Positions 17,901 through 27,047 of a DNA stretch of 52,292 bases are shown piece after piece. Under the pieces are notes generated by a model. That model saw only the letters and a program-made list of their open reading frames with translations, was not told the DNA's origin and searched no databases. Position 1 is the first letter of the stretch. Each line of letters opens with the position of its first letter. Origin of the DNA: a virus (lineage: Duplodnaviria; Caudoviricetes); IMG/VR virus record IMGVR_UViG_3300047361_000395, positions 1 to 52,292 of that record. The stretch is one strand, 5' to 3'. The position numbers were made by a program, and so were the translations under genes.

Positions 17901-20900
17901 ATCTGAATCGGTGTCTGTCGTCTCCGTAGGATCTAATGGGAATGCATCGCTTGAGTCTAGTGTTCCGTCGTTATCATCGTCTGTGTCGACATCATCTATT
18001 GATCCATCTCCATCACTATCGACTTCATTTACGTCTGCTATTCCATCATTATCATCATCTGGGTCTGCATTGTCCCCAAGGCCGTCTGAATCAGAATCTA
18101 CTGTTTCTGTAGAATCGAGTGGGAATGCGTCAGAGGAATCAAGGACGCCATCTCCGTCGTCATCAGTATCTGCATTGTTCCCAATACCGTCTCCGTCTGT
18201 GTCTATACTTTCTGTAGAATCTAAAGGAAATGCGTCTGCTGTATCTAATACCCCGTCACCATCGTCATCAGTGTCCTGATTATTTCCTATGCCATCTCCG
18301 TCAGTGTCAACAGATTCATTAGGGTTTGTTGGTAAAGCATCACTTCCGTCAAGTACCCCATCATTATCGTCATCCGTGTCAGTTGAATTAGGCGTGCCAT
18401 CTCCGTCAGTATCAGTATCATTGTTATCATCAACACCATCGCCATCCATGTCGCCTTCATTAACATCTAAAATACCATCGCCGTCATCATCGGTATCAGC
18501 ATTGTCTCCTGTTCCGTCTGAGTCTGTGTCGGTTGTCTCAGTAGAGTCCAAAGGAAATGCATCTTGAGCGTCATCAACCCCGTCTCCATCATCGTCGGTG
18601 TCAGCGTTATCTCCAACACCATCCCCGTCCGTATCAACACTCTCTGTTGAATCTAGTGGGAATGCATCTGCGGTATCAAGCACGCCGTCGTTATCGTCGT
18701 CTGTATCTATAGAGTCAACAGTACCATCGCCATCTGTATCTGTACTATCATATAAAATTTCACACTCTACTTCGTCTTCTCTCCATTCTTCTTGCGTTCC
18801 ACGGAGTGATAATGAATAAGAACGGTCAGTTGGGTCATATCCTCCTATAACATCAGGAGTCACTTTTAAAGCATCTCCGAACCAATCAAGCATTCCATAG
18901 TCTGATATTTGTGTTATACCATCTTGAGATAGTCTGCAAACCACCCTTCTTCTTTCATCTACAAAGTAAATTCTTCCTCCCCATATTATCACAGCAAAAG
19001 GATTAGCTGTAACCCCATATTCTCCAAGATAAGGAATATCTTGCCCTAAAATATTTGTACTGGAAGCAACATTTCCACTTCCATCGGCATTAAATAAAAC
19101 ACTTTTATTAAACAACAGCTTAGAAACTCTGTTTTCCTGAAACACAACCAAATCTGATTCTCTTCCTACAATCTTGTTGATACTTCCATAGAAGTCATCC
19201 ATATCTTTGTAGTTTGCAGTAGATAAGTTAAACTCGTTTAATCCGTTGTATTTTGTTGTTTGGTCATAAACATTACTGTAGGTTAATGAAGTTGTTCTGT
19301 TGTTTTGTTTATAATCCTTTAAGTTTGATGATGGCCTATTTTCTGGCTCAAAAAACTTAGCATTAAAATCGTCTTTTATTTTATATGACTCAACACAATT
19401 TCCCCATGAAAAACAATTGAAAAACGGAAGCTCGAAAGTAGCTTGAGTTGAATCTGTTTGAGTTGTGCCTCCAGCGGGGGCCTCGTGATACCCTTGACTA
19501 TTTATATTGTATGTTGCCGGAAGCTCATAAAATATCTCAGAGTTTATTGTTTCTGGTTTTGTTTCTAAATTTATTATGTCAGTTGTCTGTCTTGTAAATA
19601 AAACAAATGTGTTGTCTATTTTAGCTCTTTTGCTTATTGATGTATTTTGTTGAAACTTAGATCTTATAACCATTAAAAGATCACTAGTCAAAGAGTTATC
19701 TATAAGAGACTGCCTAGATCCATATGTTCCTCTTAAAAAAAATATTCTGTTTTCAGGAATATCAGGATTTAATATTGCTTTGGCTCCGCTTTCATGATAC
19801 CATTCTTCTAGGTTTTTGAATGTTTGATTAACTACAAACTCATGTGTTACAAACTGGTCCCCCCTGTTGTACTCGTCGTATGTAAAATTTATTATTGTTC
19901 CTAAAGGTATTTCTTCTTCTGTTTGGGGAAAACTTCTAAATTGAGAATAAGCTCTTTCACCTCTTACGCTTGCGTTAGTGTAAAGGGCGTTTATTGTTGA
20001 GGGTCTAGCGTTAAACATCCACCTGTCGCCTATTGTGTGCCCTGTTGCAGCAGCAAAATCAATTGTCAATCCAGATCCAGTAAGAGCTATTGGGGTTCCT
20101 GGTGTCATGGTTAAGTTTGTTGCGCTTAAAGTATTTGTGCCATCATTATCAAGAGTATCGACTGACCATTGGAATGTATCAACTATCAAAGAACCATCTC
20201 CGTTAACATCTACATTAATTCCATCAATTTCAACCCTAATTCTGGCAAACTGCTCAGATATAGTGTATGTTCCGCCAAGAGTTACGTCGGTTACAGCTCC
20301 ATTTGTTCCATAATAAAAAGGACCTTCAACTACTGAGGAGTTAAATTGAATGCTTAAAGGGTTGTCTCTTTTATTACTAGAATCATCATAATCAGTATGT
20401 TCTGTTCTAACAAAATCATCTATAGAAAGACTATATCCGCTTGGCTTAAATTTAGCATAAAATCCTGGCTGCTGTGCAATTGGAGGATCTCCAGTTCCTG
20501 GATAAGTGTCATCTTCTAAAAAGTTAACACTTTGCTCTTTCATCTCTAAAACTTGAGTCTCCACAAGGCCTGTTTTAACGCCTCTAGAGTCAGCTTTTAC
20601 CACAAGGAATTCTCCTTCTTTTATTTTATTTTTATCATTTCCGTTTAACTGAACATAAACGTAACCTGTTTCTTGTTCCTCGTAAAATATCGCAGGAGAT
20701 ATGCTTTCGTAGTTTCCTTTACTTTGCTTTATATATATTCTATATTTTTTTGCAAAAGCAGGAGGCAGGTGATTTATTGTTACCTGCAATTTATTTTGTA
20801 GCTTTTGACTGCTTAACGGAATATTTGTGCTAGACTGAGGAGAGGTAATAACAGTTGTAGACCTCCCATAATCGTCTAAATAAATAATTCCAGCCTCATA

Positions 20901-22022
20901 GTCTTTATTACTTTTCACGCTTGAAACAGGAGGTGTAGTTATTGTTGCTGTTGTGGCTTGTAGATTAATGTCTGGTTTTATTTTTTTCCCGTTAGAATCA
21001 ATAAGGTTAAAATTTTCTACATAATTTCCATAAACAATCCTGTTGCCTATAAGTTGTTGAGTTTTTGCCTTTAAGGGCACATTATCATATACCCTAAACA
21101 ACTCTTTTTCTGCAAGGGCTTTGTATATTTTTGAGTTTTTAAACAAAAAGTTTTGCGTAGCATTATTTGCATAAGATTCATCTTCCTTGTTAATAGATTC
21201 CACAACGTACACAACACTAGAGTTACTTTCTTTAAAAACAATCTCTACGTCTGTAACGTTTTTTGACCCTGTATCAAACTGTATGCTTACTGATCCGTTT
21301 GCATTTACCATAGACTTATTTAGTCCGGTAGAAAAATCTAAAGAAAAAGATTTAGGAAAAAAAGCTACTTCCGAAAAAGGAGACAACGCACTATACTCTC
21401 CATGCTTATACTTATATCTATAGGAAAAATAAAGAAATCTTTCTTCAATAGTATTTTCTTCATTTGTTGCGCTTTGAAGAGTTAAGACTGGCGGGTACAA
21501 TGGTGGTTTTTGTATAACATCTATGTCATATTTATCAAAATCGTTTCCGTCTATAAGCTTGGCAGAATCAATTTCAACCCGCCTAGGAGGATTCAATCCA
21601 TCTGTAAAAAACAAAAATCTTTTATTATTGTCAATATCTATAAGAATATTTGACTCAATAAAATTAGTTTTTGTAAAATTTAAAACATTATTGTGCCCAG
21701 TTCTTGTATCTATTAAAACAAATGAAGACGCATTATTGTCAGAATCATATTCACAAACATAGCTTCCTAAGTCAGATCTTACAAACCAATATATCTTATT
21801 ATTAACATCGTCAGCTACAGATCCAATACAAACAGGATTATTTCCCATGCTCAAACTAGATAGCACGGCATTAGAGATTTCATTCTCTACTGATCCAACA
21901 TCTGAACCACTAGAGTTTGCAACCTTTACATTTAAAGCATCACGATACTCTCCTTTCTGAACAAGCCTTTCATCCAGGTCTTTGTTCATTTTTCCGGAGC
22001 TGAAGATATTTTTAAACTTCAT
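14949..22022 (-). CDS. tail nozzle/stabilisation protein N-terminal part fused to a TSP3-like repeat array and a C-terminal beta-rich domain
   Basis: N-terminal [42 protein letters not shown]-x2-GEYS-x-LSPFS, [30 protein letters not shown]-x-IS-x-YGM and GGYDP, then Asp-rich repeats. Confidence 0.8.
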   Translation of the reverse strand: MKFKNIFSSGKMNKDLDERLVQKGEYRDALNVKVANSSGSDVGSVENEISNAVLSSLSMGNNPVCIGSVADDVNNKIYWFVRSDLGSYVCEYDSDNNASSFVLIDTRTGHNNVLNFTKTNFIESNILIDIDNNKRFLFFTDGLNPPRRVEIDSAKLIDGNDFDKYDIDVIQKPPLYPPVLTLQSATNEENTIEERFLYFSYRYKYKHGEYSALSPFSEVAFFPKSFSLDFSTGLNKSMVNANGSVSIQFDTGSKNVTDVEIVFKESNSSVVYVVESINKEDESYANNATQNFLFKNSKIYKALAEKELFRVYDNVPLKAKTQQLIGNRIVYGNYVENFNLIDSNGKKIKPDINLQATTATITTPPVSSVKSNKDYEAGIIYLDDYGRSTTVITSPQSSTNIPLSSQKLQNKLQVTINHLPPAFAKKYRIYIKQSKGNYESISPAIFYEEQETGYVYVQLNGNDKNKIKEGEFLVVKADSRGVKTGLVETQVLEMKEQSVNFLEDDTYPGTGDPPIAQQPGFYAKFKPSGYSLSIDDFVRTEHTDYDDSSNKRDNPLSIQFNSSVVEGPFYYGTNGAVTDVTLGGTYTISEQFARIRVEIDGINVDVNGDGSLIVDTFQWSVDTLDNDGTNTLSATNLTMTPGTPIALTGSGLTIDFAAATGHTIGDRWMFNARPSTINALYTNASVRGERAYSQFRSFPQTEEEIPLGTIINFTYDEYNRGDQFVTHEFVVNQTFKNLEEWYHESGAKAILNPDIPENRIFFLRGTYGSRQSLIDNSLTSDLLMVIRSKFQQNTSISKRAKIDNTFVLFTRQTTDIINLETKPETINSEIFYELPATYNINSQGYHEAPAGGTTQTDSTQATFELPFFNCFSWGNCVESYKIKDDFNAKFFEPENRPSSNLKDYKQNNRTTSLTYSNVYDQTTKYNGLNEFNLSTANYKDMDDFYGSINKIVGRESDLVVFQENRVSKLLFNKSVLFNADGSGNVASSTNILGQDIPYLGEYGVTANPFAVIIWGGRIYFVDERRRVVCRLSQDGITQISDYGMLDWFGDALKVTPDVIGGYDPTDRSYSLSLRGTQEEWREDEVECEILYDSTDTDGDGTVDSIDTDDDNDGVLDTADAFPLDSTESVDTDGDGVGDNADTDDDGDGVDDAQDAFPLDSTETTDTDSDGTGDNADTDDDGDGILDVNEGDMDGDGVDDNNDTDTDGDGTPNSTDTDDDNDGVLDGSDALPTNPNESVDTDGDGIGNNQDTDDDGDGVLDTADAFPLDSTESIDTDGDGIGNNADTDDDGDGVLDSSDAFPLDSTETVDSDSDGLGDNADPDDDNDGIADVNEVDSDGDGSIDDVDTDDDNDGTLDSSDAFPLDPTETTDTDSDGTGDNADTDDDNDGVLDTADAFPLDSTETVDTDSDGTGDNADTDDDNDGVLDVNDAFPLDATETTDTDGDGVGNNADLDDDNDGVLDLQDAFPLDSTETIDTDSDGIGNNADTDDDGDGVADSSDAFPLDATESVDTDSDGTGDNADTDDDNDGTPDTSDAFPLDASETTDTDGDGTGDNADTDDDNDGTPDSSDAFPLDATETTDSDSDGIGDNADTDDDNDGVLDSADAFPLDATETTDTDSDGIGDNADLDDDGDGISDIYETQLGTNPLDSTDTPTDTDSDGIPNAIDTDDDNDGTPDTSDAFPLDSTETTDTDSDGTGDNADTDDDNDGVSDADETAAGTDPLDSTSTPPDTDGDGTLDYLDTDDDNDGVLDVNDAFPLDASESVDTDGDGVGNNADTDDDNDGLTDAQEATAGTNPLLADTDSDYIVDSVDSAPLDASTPGVSDTSGSGRSSSCSPPERLFFFPNHYADKMQADGYNGNSSTTDSNLANIPLASSALRVSDTTYVPYDNTVTVASLNLTDAVQWSDAQTGSTYGLTLSDRYITKDAAVTLGYTIGIMRNADNTAKSLTGQSINDIPGDAIMYAFTNDVDSNGRPNSLTSPVAIVTPIGFREITKLSLVNHAIRSDASNNKHLYTSLAFIISEPCTSAFSYTAKPWVEVTSGLSSTQGLNGIISGVENQSLTFPQVTAYTDTNSSITFSDTNSPVAGGDAFTMLGLTQHTINQNVGPMFKQTGFNQETIKLHSYYNTVPPLTINIKNKNFGETYPSGAQITLSAAAGDIGSGVSVDSNGNVTVSSMGSTSYTNTLSHPDIPGATIHTGSFTYDSNGQKIYTPFKAQFIKIDSLGDDEWQLQRTGTPFPNNSSAFPVTTGYSNYPYGGSTDNSQWDNTTIIQNGEGSSGSRFGSLDLIGGVFYSSLANKPGTIDAEIKLVYYLKDFVPKYGIVVITSDTPPTVSNAATSIFYPGSGTDPLILKTITINI
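16570..18750 (-). repeat. thrombospondin type-3-like Ca-binding repeat array (~35-aa/105-bp unit)
   Basis: Consensus [35 protein letters not shown]; 14 exact DAFPLD copies plus variant units (GTNPLD, GTDPLD, DALPTN). Codons vary between copies. Confidence 0.9.
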
Positions 22023-22879
22023 TACTTAATCCATTTATTTCTTCCTTTTAAGGTCTGAATCAGATCAAAAGGATGTATGTCCATTAAACGGATTTTCATG
22101 TTTTTCATAGAAGCAAAAGCTTCATTTTTTATTCTTCTAACTACATATTCTTGAACATTAAACTTATGCTTTATAACTTCGTATGCTATTTGTTTATATA
22201 TGTAATCTTCTGCTAATTTATTTATTTGTATTTGATCTTCCGTTAAGTAGTCTAATCCATCTGTTATGTATTCAACAACAACATGCTTACCTTTTACTTC
22301 TGAACTGAATCTTATTACGCCAGCAGATTTATCTAAATTGTACCTTCCGTTTACATTTGATATAGCAGTGTCAAGCCCAAATCTTCCACCAAAAAACTCA
22401 TCGCTTAATGATGAAGAAGCGTCTTGTGTTGTATTTTGAATTTCAGAAAGCTTGGTGTCTATAAAAGAAGTTCCTTCTAGCGCAGCTCCATTTCCATCAA
22501 AAAGAATATTGTAGCTATTATCTTGCAAGTATGACTTTGCTATTGTTGTATTATTATCTACCATTAAAGGGTGTAGCCGTCCTCTGTCATCCACCCAAGA
22601 CAATCTAACAAGTTTTACAAAATCTTTAGGAACTGTCAATTGCAAAGAATCTGGAAGCTCTAACTCTAACGCTTTTACATTTTTTAATGCATCATAATTT
22701 AACTCCTGTACAGCTCTTTTGGCGTGAAATATTACATCAAATCTTTTAACGTTATTTATTAATTTTTCATCTCCAATGTAAAATAAATAAAAATTATTCA
22801 CTATATCTTTAAGACTAACAAATTGTGAGTCTCCATAGTTTGATGCTGATGAATAGTATTGTTGATCAGTTAGTGCCAT
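22022..22879 (-). CDS. tail ring / head-tail adaptor protein
   Basis: [13 protein letters not shown]...[12 protein letters not shown]...VEYITDGL; position immediately upstream of the nozzle gene. Confidence 0.65.
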   Translation of the reverse strand: MALTDQQYYSSASNYGDSQFVSLKDIVNNFYLFYIGDEKLINNVKRFDVIFHAKRAVQELNYDALKNVKALELELPDSLQLTVPKDFVKLVRLSWVDDRGRLHPLMVDNNTTIAKSYLQDNSYNILFDGNGAALEGTSFIDTKLSEIQNTTQDASSSLSDEFFGGRFGLDTAISNVNGRYNLDKSAGVIRFSSEVKGKHVVVEYITDGLDYLTEDQIQINKLAEDYIYKQIAYEVIKHKFNVQEYVVRRIKNEAFASMKNMKIRLMDIHPFDLIQTLKGRNKWIK

Positions 22880-22880
22880 A

Positions 22881-23567
22881 TTATGCTTCTTTGCTTGTAT
22901 TCACCTGGTCAATAGTTGTTGCAGCCTGAGTAACTTCCGCCTCTCTTATGGTAACACCAGTTAGTTTTAAAACTTCAACTATAAGATTTACAGACTCATC
23001 TTGATCTAATTCGAAATCTTGATAGTCAGATGCATTTATATTAAAAACAGGATTCTCCCCTATTGTATTGTAGGTCCATTTTGGGTCCTTTGGGTTTCTT
23101 ATGTAAATAAAATCAACAGCTCCTGCGAGTGTTTGAGGATAAAGTATAATGTCACTTCCTCTATCCACAAAAACAGGATAAGTGTCCGTAGGCGCTGTTA
23201 AATTAGAGTCAACTAAATATCTTTCTTTATCTCTAGGAACCTGCTCAATTTCTTTATTTGAATATCTTAAAGAGACTAAGTGCTGAAAATCGGCAGGCTT
23301 TATATACCTAGTCAATGTCTTAGTTACATTTGTTTCTTCTGTAAAAACTTCAAGGTTAGACTTTAAAATATCAACCCTATCCATAAAGTCAGTAGCTACC
23401 ATTCTAGAGTTCCTGGCAGCGACCATTCTTGAGTACTCAGAGATCTTCTGATTAAAGATTAACTGCTGCGCATGCTTTGCATAAGAATTAAACTGTTGAG
23501 GCGTTATAAAGCCCCTGTTTTCCTTATTTAGTACAGTTAAAACGGTGTTTCTAACATGATTTATCAT
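22881..23567 (-). CDS. tail ring / head-tail adaptor (tail tubular A-like) protein
   Basis: VRNTVLTVLNKENRGFITPQQFN-x2-A-x2-AQ...YIRNPKDPKWTY...DFEL; position between capsid and tail genes. Confidence 0.65.
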   Translation of the reverse strand: MINHVRNTVLTVLNKENRGFITPQQFNSYAKHAQQLIFNQKISEYSRMVAARNSRMVATDFMDRVDILKSNLEVFTEETNVTKTLTRYIKPADFQHLVSLRYSNKEIEQVPRDKERYLVDSNLTAPTDTYPVFVDRGSDIILYPQTLAGAVDFIYIRNPKDPKWTYNTIGENPVFNINASDYQDFELDQDESVNLIVEVLKLTGVTIREAEVTQAATTIDQVNTSKEA

Positions 23568-23571
23568 GCTA

Positions 23572-23579
23572 CAAATGTA
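23572..23579 (-). promoter_or_regulatory. Bacteroidota -7 promoter box (TACATTTG)
   Basis: Lies directly after a terminator and 4 nt before ATG 23567. Confidence 0.6.
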
Positions 23580-23581
23580 CG

Positions 23582-23611
23582 AAAAAAAAAGAGGTCGATA
23601 TTTTCGACCCC
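23582..23611 (-). terminator. intrinsic terminator
   Basis: On the - strand: GGGGTCGA-aaata-TCGACCTC followed by nine T. Confidence 0.85.
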
Positions 23612-23641
23612 TTCATTTCAAGTATAGTTAAGGTGGATTAA

Positions 23642-24394
23642 CTATAGCTTGTTACTAATAGCTTGAAGAGTGTCTAACCCTTCGTCTGTTTTAAAATAAA
23701 CCGCTAATGCACTATATACATTTTCTCCATAAGGAACTGTAATAATTTTTTCCTTCTTTGAATCATTCCAACAAACAGTCCTTTGGTCGTCTTTAATAAA
23801 AAGTATTCCCATTTCAACTCCCCTTACTGCAATGTTTCTTAAGTTTATATTTTCATCTTTAGTAAGTTGTATAAACTCATTAGGATTTTGTCTAGCGTAA
23901 ATAAGCATATCTCTTCTTATTTCATTTGAAGCCATATCAGACACTCTTCCTTGAAGAACAACCCTTGCTATGGCCTCTAAATCCTCAATAGGCAAGTCTT
24001 TAGCTATGTTCATTGCATCTAGTTCTTCTTCTACGGTTTTAACCTCAGCTTCAGCCTCTTTATTGGCATCAAATTCTGCGTAAACTTTTCCAAGGTCAGG
24101 ATGATATATGGATAAAAACTGCTGAAGCAATACATTTTCTTTTGAAACAACAAGCTTTCCGTCTTTAAAAATTACAGCAGGCAAAGTAACATCGCCCATT
24201 TGTTCATCTTCAAAAACAGATGCTTGATTAGAAGCATATCTCAATGATCTACTCATTGATCCATCAAAATATTGAAGTGGTTTGTTTAAGTGGTGTCGTG
24301 AACGCAATATATAGTTCACAGGAGTAATTCCTCCGTTTAGAATATAAATTCTATCTTTTATCTCCCAAGAGGGAGTTGTTTTTTTTCTAGGCAT
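23642..24394 (-). CDS. structural-module protein of unknown function downstream of the capsid gene
   Basis: 250 aa; LRYASNQASVFEDEQ, IFKDGKL-x-V and LQQFLSIYHP motifs; position directly after the capsid gene. Confidence 0.6.
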   Translation of the reverse strand: MPRKKTTPSWEIKDRIYILNGGITPVNYILRSRHHLNKPLQYFDGSMSRSLRYASNQASVFEDEQMGDVTLPAVIFKDGKLVVSKENVLLQQFLSIYHPDLGKVYAEFDANKEAEAEVKTVEEELDAMNIAKDLPIEDLEAIARVVLQGRVSDMASNEIRRDMLIYARQNPNEFIQLTKDENINLRNIAVRGVEMGILFIKDDQRTVCWNDSKKEKIITVPYGENVYSALAVYFKTDEGLDTLQAISNKL

Positions 24395-24423
24395 TTTATT
24401 AAATATTAAATTAAAATTAAATG

Positions 24424-24455
24424 ATAGGTTATGGGGGCATTAGCCCCCAGCCTAT
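24424..24455 (-). terminator. hairpin/terminator after the major capsid gene
   Basis: ATAGGCTGGGGGC-taat-GCCCCCATAACCTAT (- strand) followed by an AT/T-rich run. Confidence 0.7.
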
Positions 24456-24464
24456 CCAGTTAAA

Positions 24465-25802
24465 TTACTTCATTATGATGAAGTTGTTAGCTCCGTGTAC
24501 ACATAGTGCACGCTCAGATAAGAAGTGTACTTGCATTGCATCTAGATCACTAGACATTCCAGCACCTCCGGCAGATCCAACTACCCAAGATTTGTACTTT
24601 CTATCTTCAGCTTCTGATTTACGATATTTTACATGTAAAAAAGGACGAGTTGCGTTCTTTCCTAAAATCTGATCGTAAATAGTAGTTGTACCAGCAGGTA
24701 CAATAACTCCGTCTACAGCAGAAGTCAAAGACCCAGTAGTAGCATCGTTTAAGTATTTCCAGTCAGATTTGTAAAAATCATATCCTAAATTAAATCCTGT
24801 AAATCCAAGATTTAAAGCCATTGACTCATCATTGTCAAACAAACCATAAGATGCAGTTGATGCACCTGAGTTGTTTTGTGCAGCTAAAACTGTATCAATT
24901 TCAAAAGATTTTGTTCTATTCACAAACATTACGTTTTCTTGAATAGCTCCTTCTTTATCTAGAACTTTAATTAGCTCTTCAATATCAGTTCTTGCAGCGA
25001 TAGATCCAGTAGCAATATTACCTCTGTTTTCGATTTCATGGAATAAACCTTTTGTTCCTTTAAATCCAGCACCTTCAGCACCAGAAGATGATGCGGCAGG
25101 CTTGCCTTCAATTAAAGATAACTCTAAGTAATCTTCAAATCTTAAACGAGTTTCGTGCTCTGATTTTAAATACCAAAGGTATCCAGTTGCTCCATTCTCA
25201 GTAGTCACTTCAATCCATCCAATCTGAGCTAAGTCAGAACCATTAACCTCATACTTATCTTTTATGATAATTGGGTTATTAGTTTGAATATCTTTAGCGG
25301 CTTCTAAGCTACCAGCCATACCAGAAGTTCCTTTTGCAAATTCAGAACCATAGGCAAAAACTTTAAGGCCACTAGCGGCTATAGCTGCTGCAAGGTTGGC
25401 ATTTTCATAAGAGGCAACTGTAAATGTGTTTGCATTTGCTGCTGTTATGATAGCTTTTTCCTGGTCAGTTCCGTCAGAAATAACTACTGTTTGATTTACT
25501 CTAAATGGATGCCCATTTGAAGTAATAACATCACCTACTCTTGTAGCACCAGTGACTGCTAGGTGTAATCTACCTTGCTCTGACCATTGAATAACGTCAG
25601 AAGCAAAAGGCATTTCAGCACCTACCATTCTTAAAAAAGAAGATACAGAACGATTTCCGTATTTTTCAAATTCTTTTTCATAAACATCGGGAAGATATTG
25701 AGATGTAAACTCAATACTTGACCCTAAATAATTACTTGAAAGCGTTGCTTTCGAAGGAGCGGGGGTTAATGCACCACCAACTCCGGTCATAGTTACAGAC
25801 AT
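24465..25802 (-). CDS. major capsid protein
   Basis: 445 aa; EFEKYGNRS-x-SSFLRMVGAEMP...WSEQGRLH, GWIEVTTENG-x-GYLWYLKSE and VHFLSER. Follows portal and scaffold; followed by a hairpin. Confidence 0.85.
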   Translation of the reverse strand: MSVTMTGVGGALTPAPSKATLSSNYLGSSIEFTSQYLPDVYEKEFEKYGNRSVSSFLRMVGAEMPFASDVIQWSEQGRLHLAVTGATRVGDVITSNGHPFRVNQTVVISDGTDQEKAIITAANANTFTVASYENANLAAAIAASGLKVFAYGSEFAKGTSGMAGSLEAAKDIQTNNPIIIKDKYEVNGSDLAQIGWIEVTTENGATGYLWYLKSEHETRLRFEDYLELSLIEGKPAASSSGAEGAGFKGTKGLFHEIENRGNIATGSIAARTDIEELIKVLDKEGAIQENVMFVNRTKSFEIDTVLAAQNNSGASTASYGLFDNDESMALNLGFTGFNLGYDFYKSDWKYLNDATTGSLTSAVDGVIVPAGTTTIYDQILGKNATRPFLHVKYRKSEAEDRKYKSWVVGSAGGAGMSSDLDAMQVHFLSERALCVHGANNFIIMK

Positions 25803-25824
25803 GTTTTAATAATTTTAAAAATTG

Positions 25825-26991
25825 TTAGTTTCGTTTTTTAATTTTAAACTCAAACTTGTCCTCTGATTCTACTATTCTAAACTTAGTTCCTCCTGTATCC
25901 GTTACCGTGTTTTCACGAACTCCCATGTCGATATTTTTAGTTTCCTTGATAATATCTCCAGTAGCATCTGACTTCCCTTGCTCATAAAAATGTTTTGCTA
26001 TAGCATCAGGATTCATAGCCGTGTACAAAGAACGGTGATAAGTGGCAGGATCTTTTAAGAATCCTTTCTCATCAACATGTTGAGAAATAAAATTCTGAAC
26101 ATTGCTCTGATTAGACTTCACTTTATCTAAATCACTTGGTTTAAAAACTTTTTTTTCATCTCCAAGATTAAATTCAAAACCTTTGAATTCGTCTGAAAAT
26201 AAAGAATTAGTTTTTTCAGTGAAATAAGAAGCCTGCTCTTTTCGAGCGATAGAATCTTTTTCATTTTGAGTTTTATATTCATTATAAAAGCTAAAAGCTT
26301 CTTTGTATGTCTCAGGAATATCAGCTTCACTAGACCCTAGCGGAGCTTTATATTTTTCCTTTAACTTTTCAAAGTGATTTCTAGCCTCATACAATGCTTC
26401 TTTGTGAGCAATTTTTTTTGCCCTAATATCCTTATCATCATCTATTTCTTGATCATAAGAAAATTGTTCATTTAAAATATGCTCAATGTCTTCCCTATCT
26501 AAATGTGGTTTTGTTTGCTCATAGTATTGACGTAATATATCTCCGTCTCCTACAGTAGCCCAGTCTTTTTGAAGTTCAGCAAAGTCACTAAAAGACCTTC
26601 CAGTTTCTTTACGAAACTCCATATACTTCTCCACATCTTCGGGAAGATTTTCTTTTTCTTTATCAGTATTTGAAAGAACGTTTTTAAGGTCATCAATAGA
26701 ATTTAATTCTACCTCATACCTGTCTTTTAATCTACTTAAAAACCAGTTATCATCTTTTTCTGGTTCTTCGGTCAGTAACTTTTCTTGGTCTTCCTCTTCG
26801 ACTTGCTCTTGCTCTTGACCTTTACTACTTTCTTCTTCTTGTTGTGGTAACTCATTTTCTTCCTTTACCTGTTCAGGGGTTTCTTGATTCAAAACCTCTT
26901 GTGAAACTTCTTCTTCTTTTTGTTCTACTTCTTGCTGTGGCTCTATTCTATTGCCATCATCATCCAAAGCATAAACTTCGATTTTATCCAT
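25825..26991 (-). CDS. capsid scaffolding protein (putative)
   Basis: Highly acidic E/Q-rich N-terminus; AKHFYEQGKSDA near the C-terminus; sits between portal and capsid genes. Confidence 0.7.
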   Translation of the reverse strand: MDKIEVYALDDDGNRIEPQQEVEQKEEEVSQEVLNQETPEQVKEENELPQQEEESSKGQEQEQVEEEDQEKLLTEEPEKDDNWFLSRLKDRYEVELNSIDDLKNVLSNTDKEKENLPEDVEKYMEFRKETGRSFSDFAELQKDWATVGDGDILRQYYEQTKPHLDREDIEHILNEQFSYDQEIDDDKDIRAKKIAHKEALYEARNHFEKLKEKYKAPLGSSEADIPETYKEAFSFYNEYKTQNEKDSIARKEQASYFTEKTNSLFSDEFKGFEFNLGDEKKVFKPSDLDKVKSNQSNVQNFISQHVDEKGFLKDPATYHRSLYTAMNPDAIAKHFYEQGKSDATGDIIKETKNIDMGVRENTVTDTGGTKFRIVESEDKFEFKIKKRN

Positions 26992-27013
26992 TATATTTAA
27001 ATTTAATTTATTA

Positions 27014-27029
27014 CAAAATTACAAATATA
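27014..27029 (-). promoter_or_regulatory. tandem -7 promoter boxes (TATATTTG, TAATTTTG) for scaffold/capsid
   Basis: Two adjacent TAnnTTTG matches in the 56-bp gap upstream of ATG 26991. Confidence 0.6.
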
Positions 27030-27047
27030 TTAAGCTTTACTAAAAGC

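Noticed and set aside
16570-18750. Possible CRISPR array or DGR template/variable repeats
   Set aside because: Repeats are in-frame protein repeats with third-position variation, no unique spacers, no adenine-specific pattern, and no cas or reverse transcriptase gene in the window.
16571-18819. Multiple + strand ORFs, including 385 aa at 17122..18279, rich in Ser/Val/Pro or His
   Set aside because: Antisense shadows of the Asp/Thr/Gly repeat codons (GAT/GAC read as TCA/TCG/CAT), which rarely create stops.
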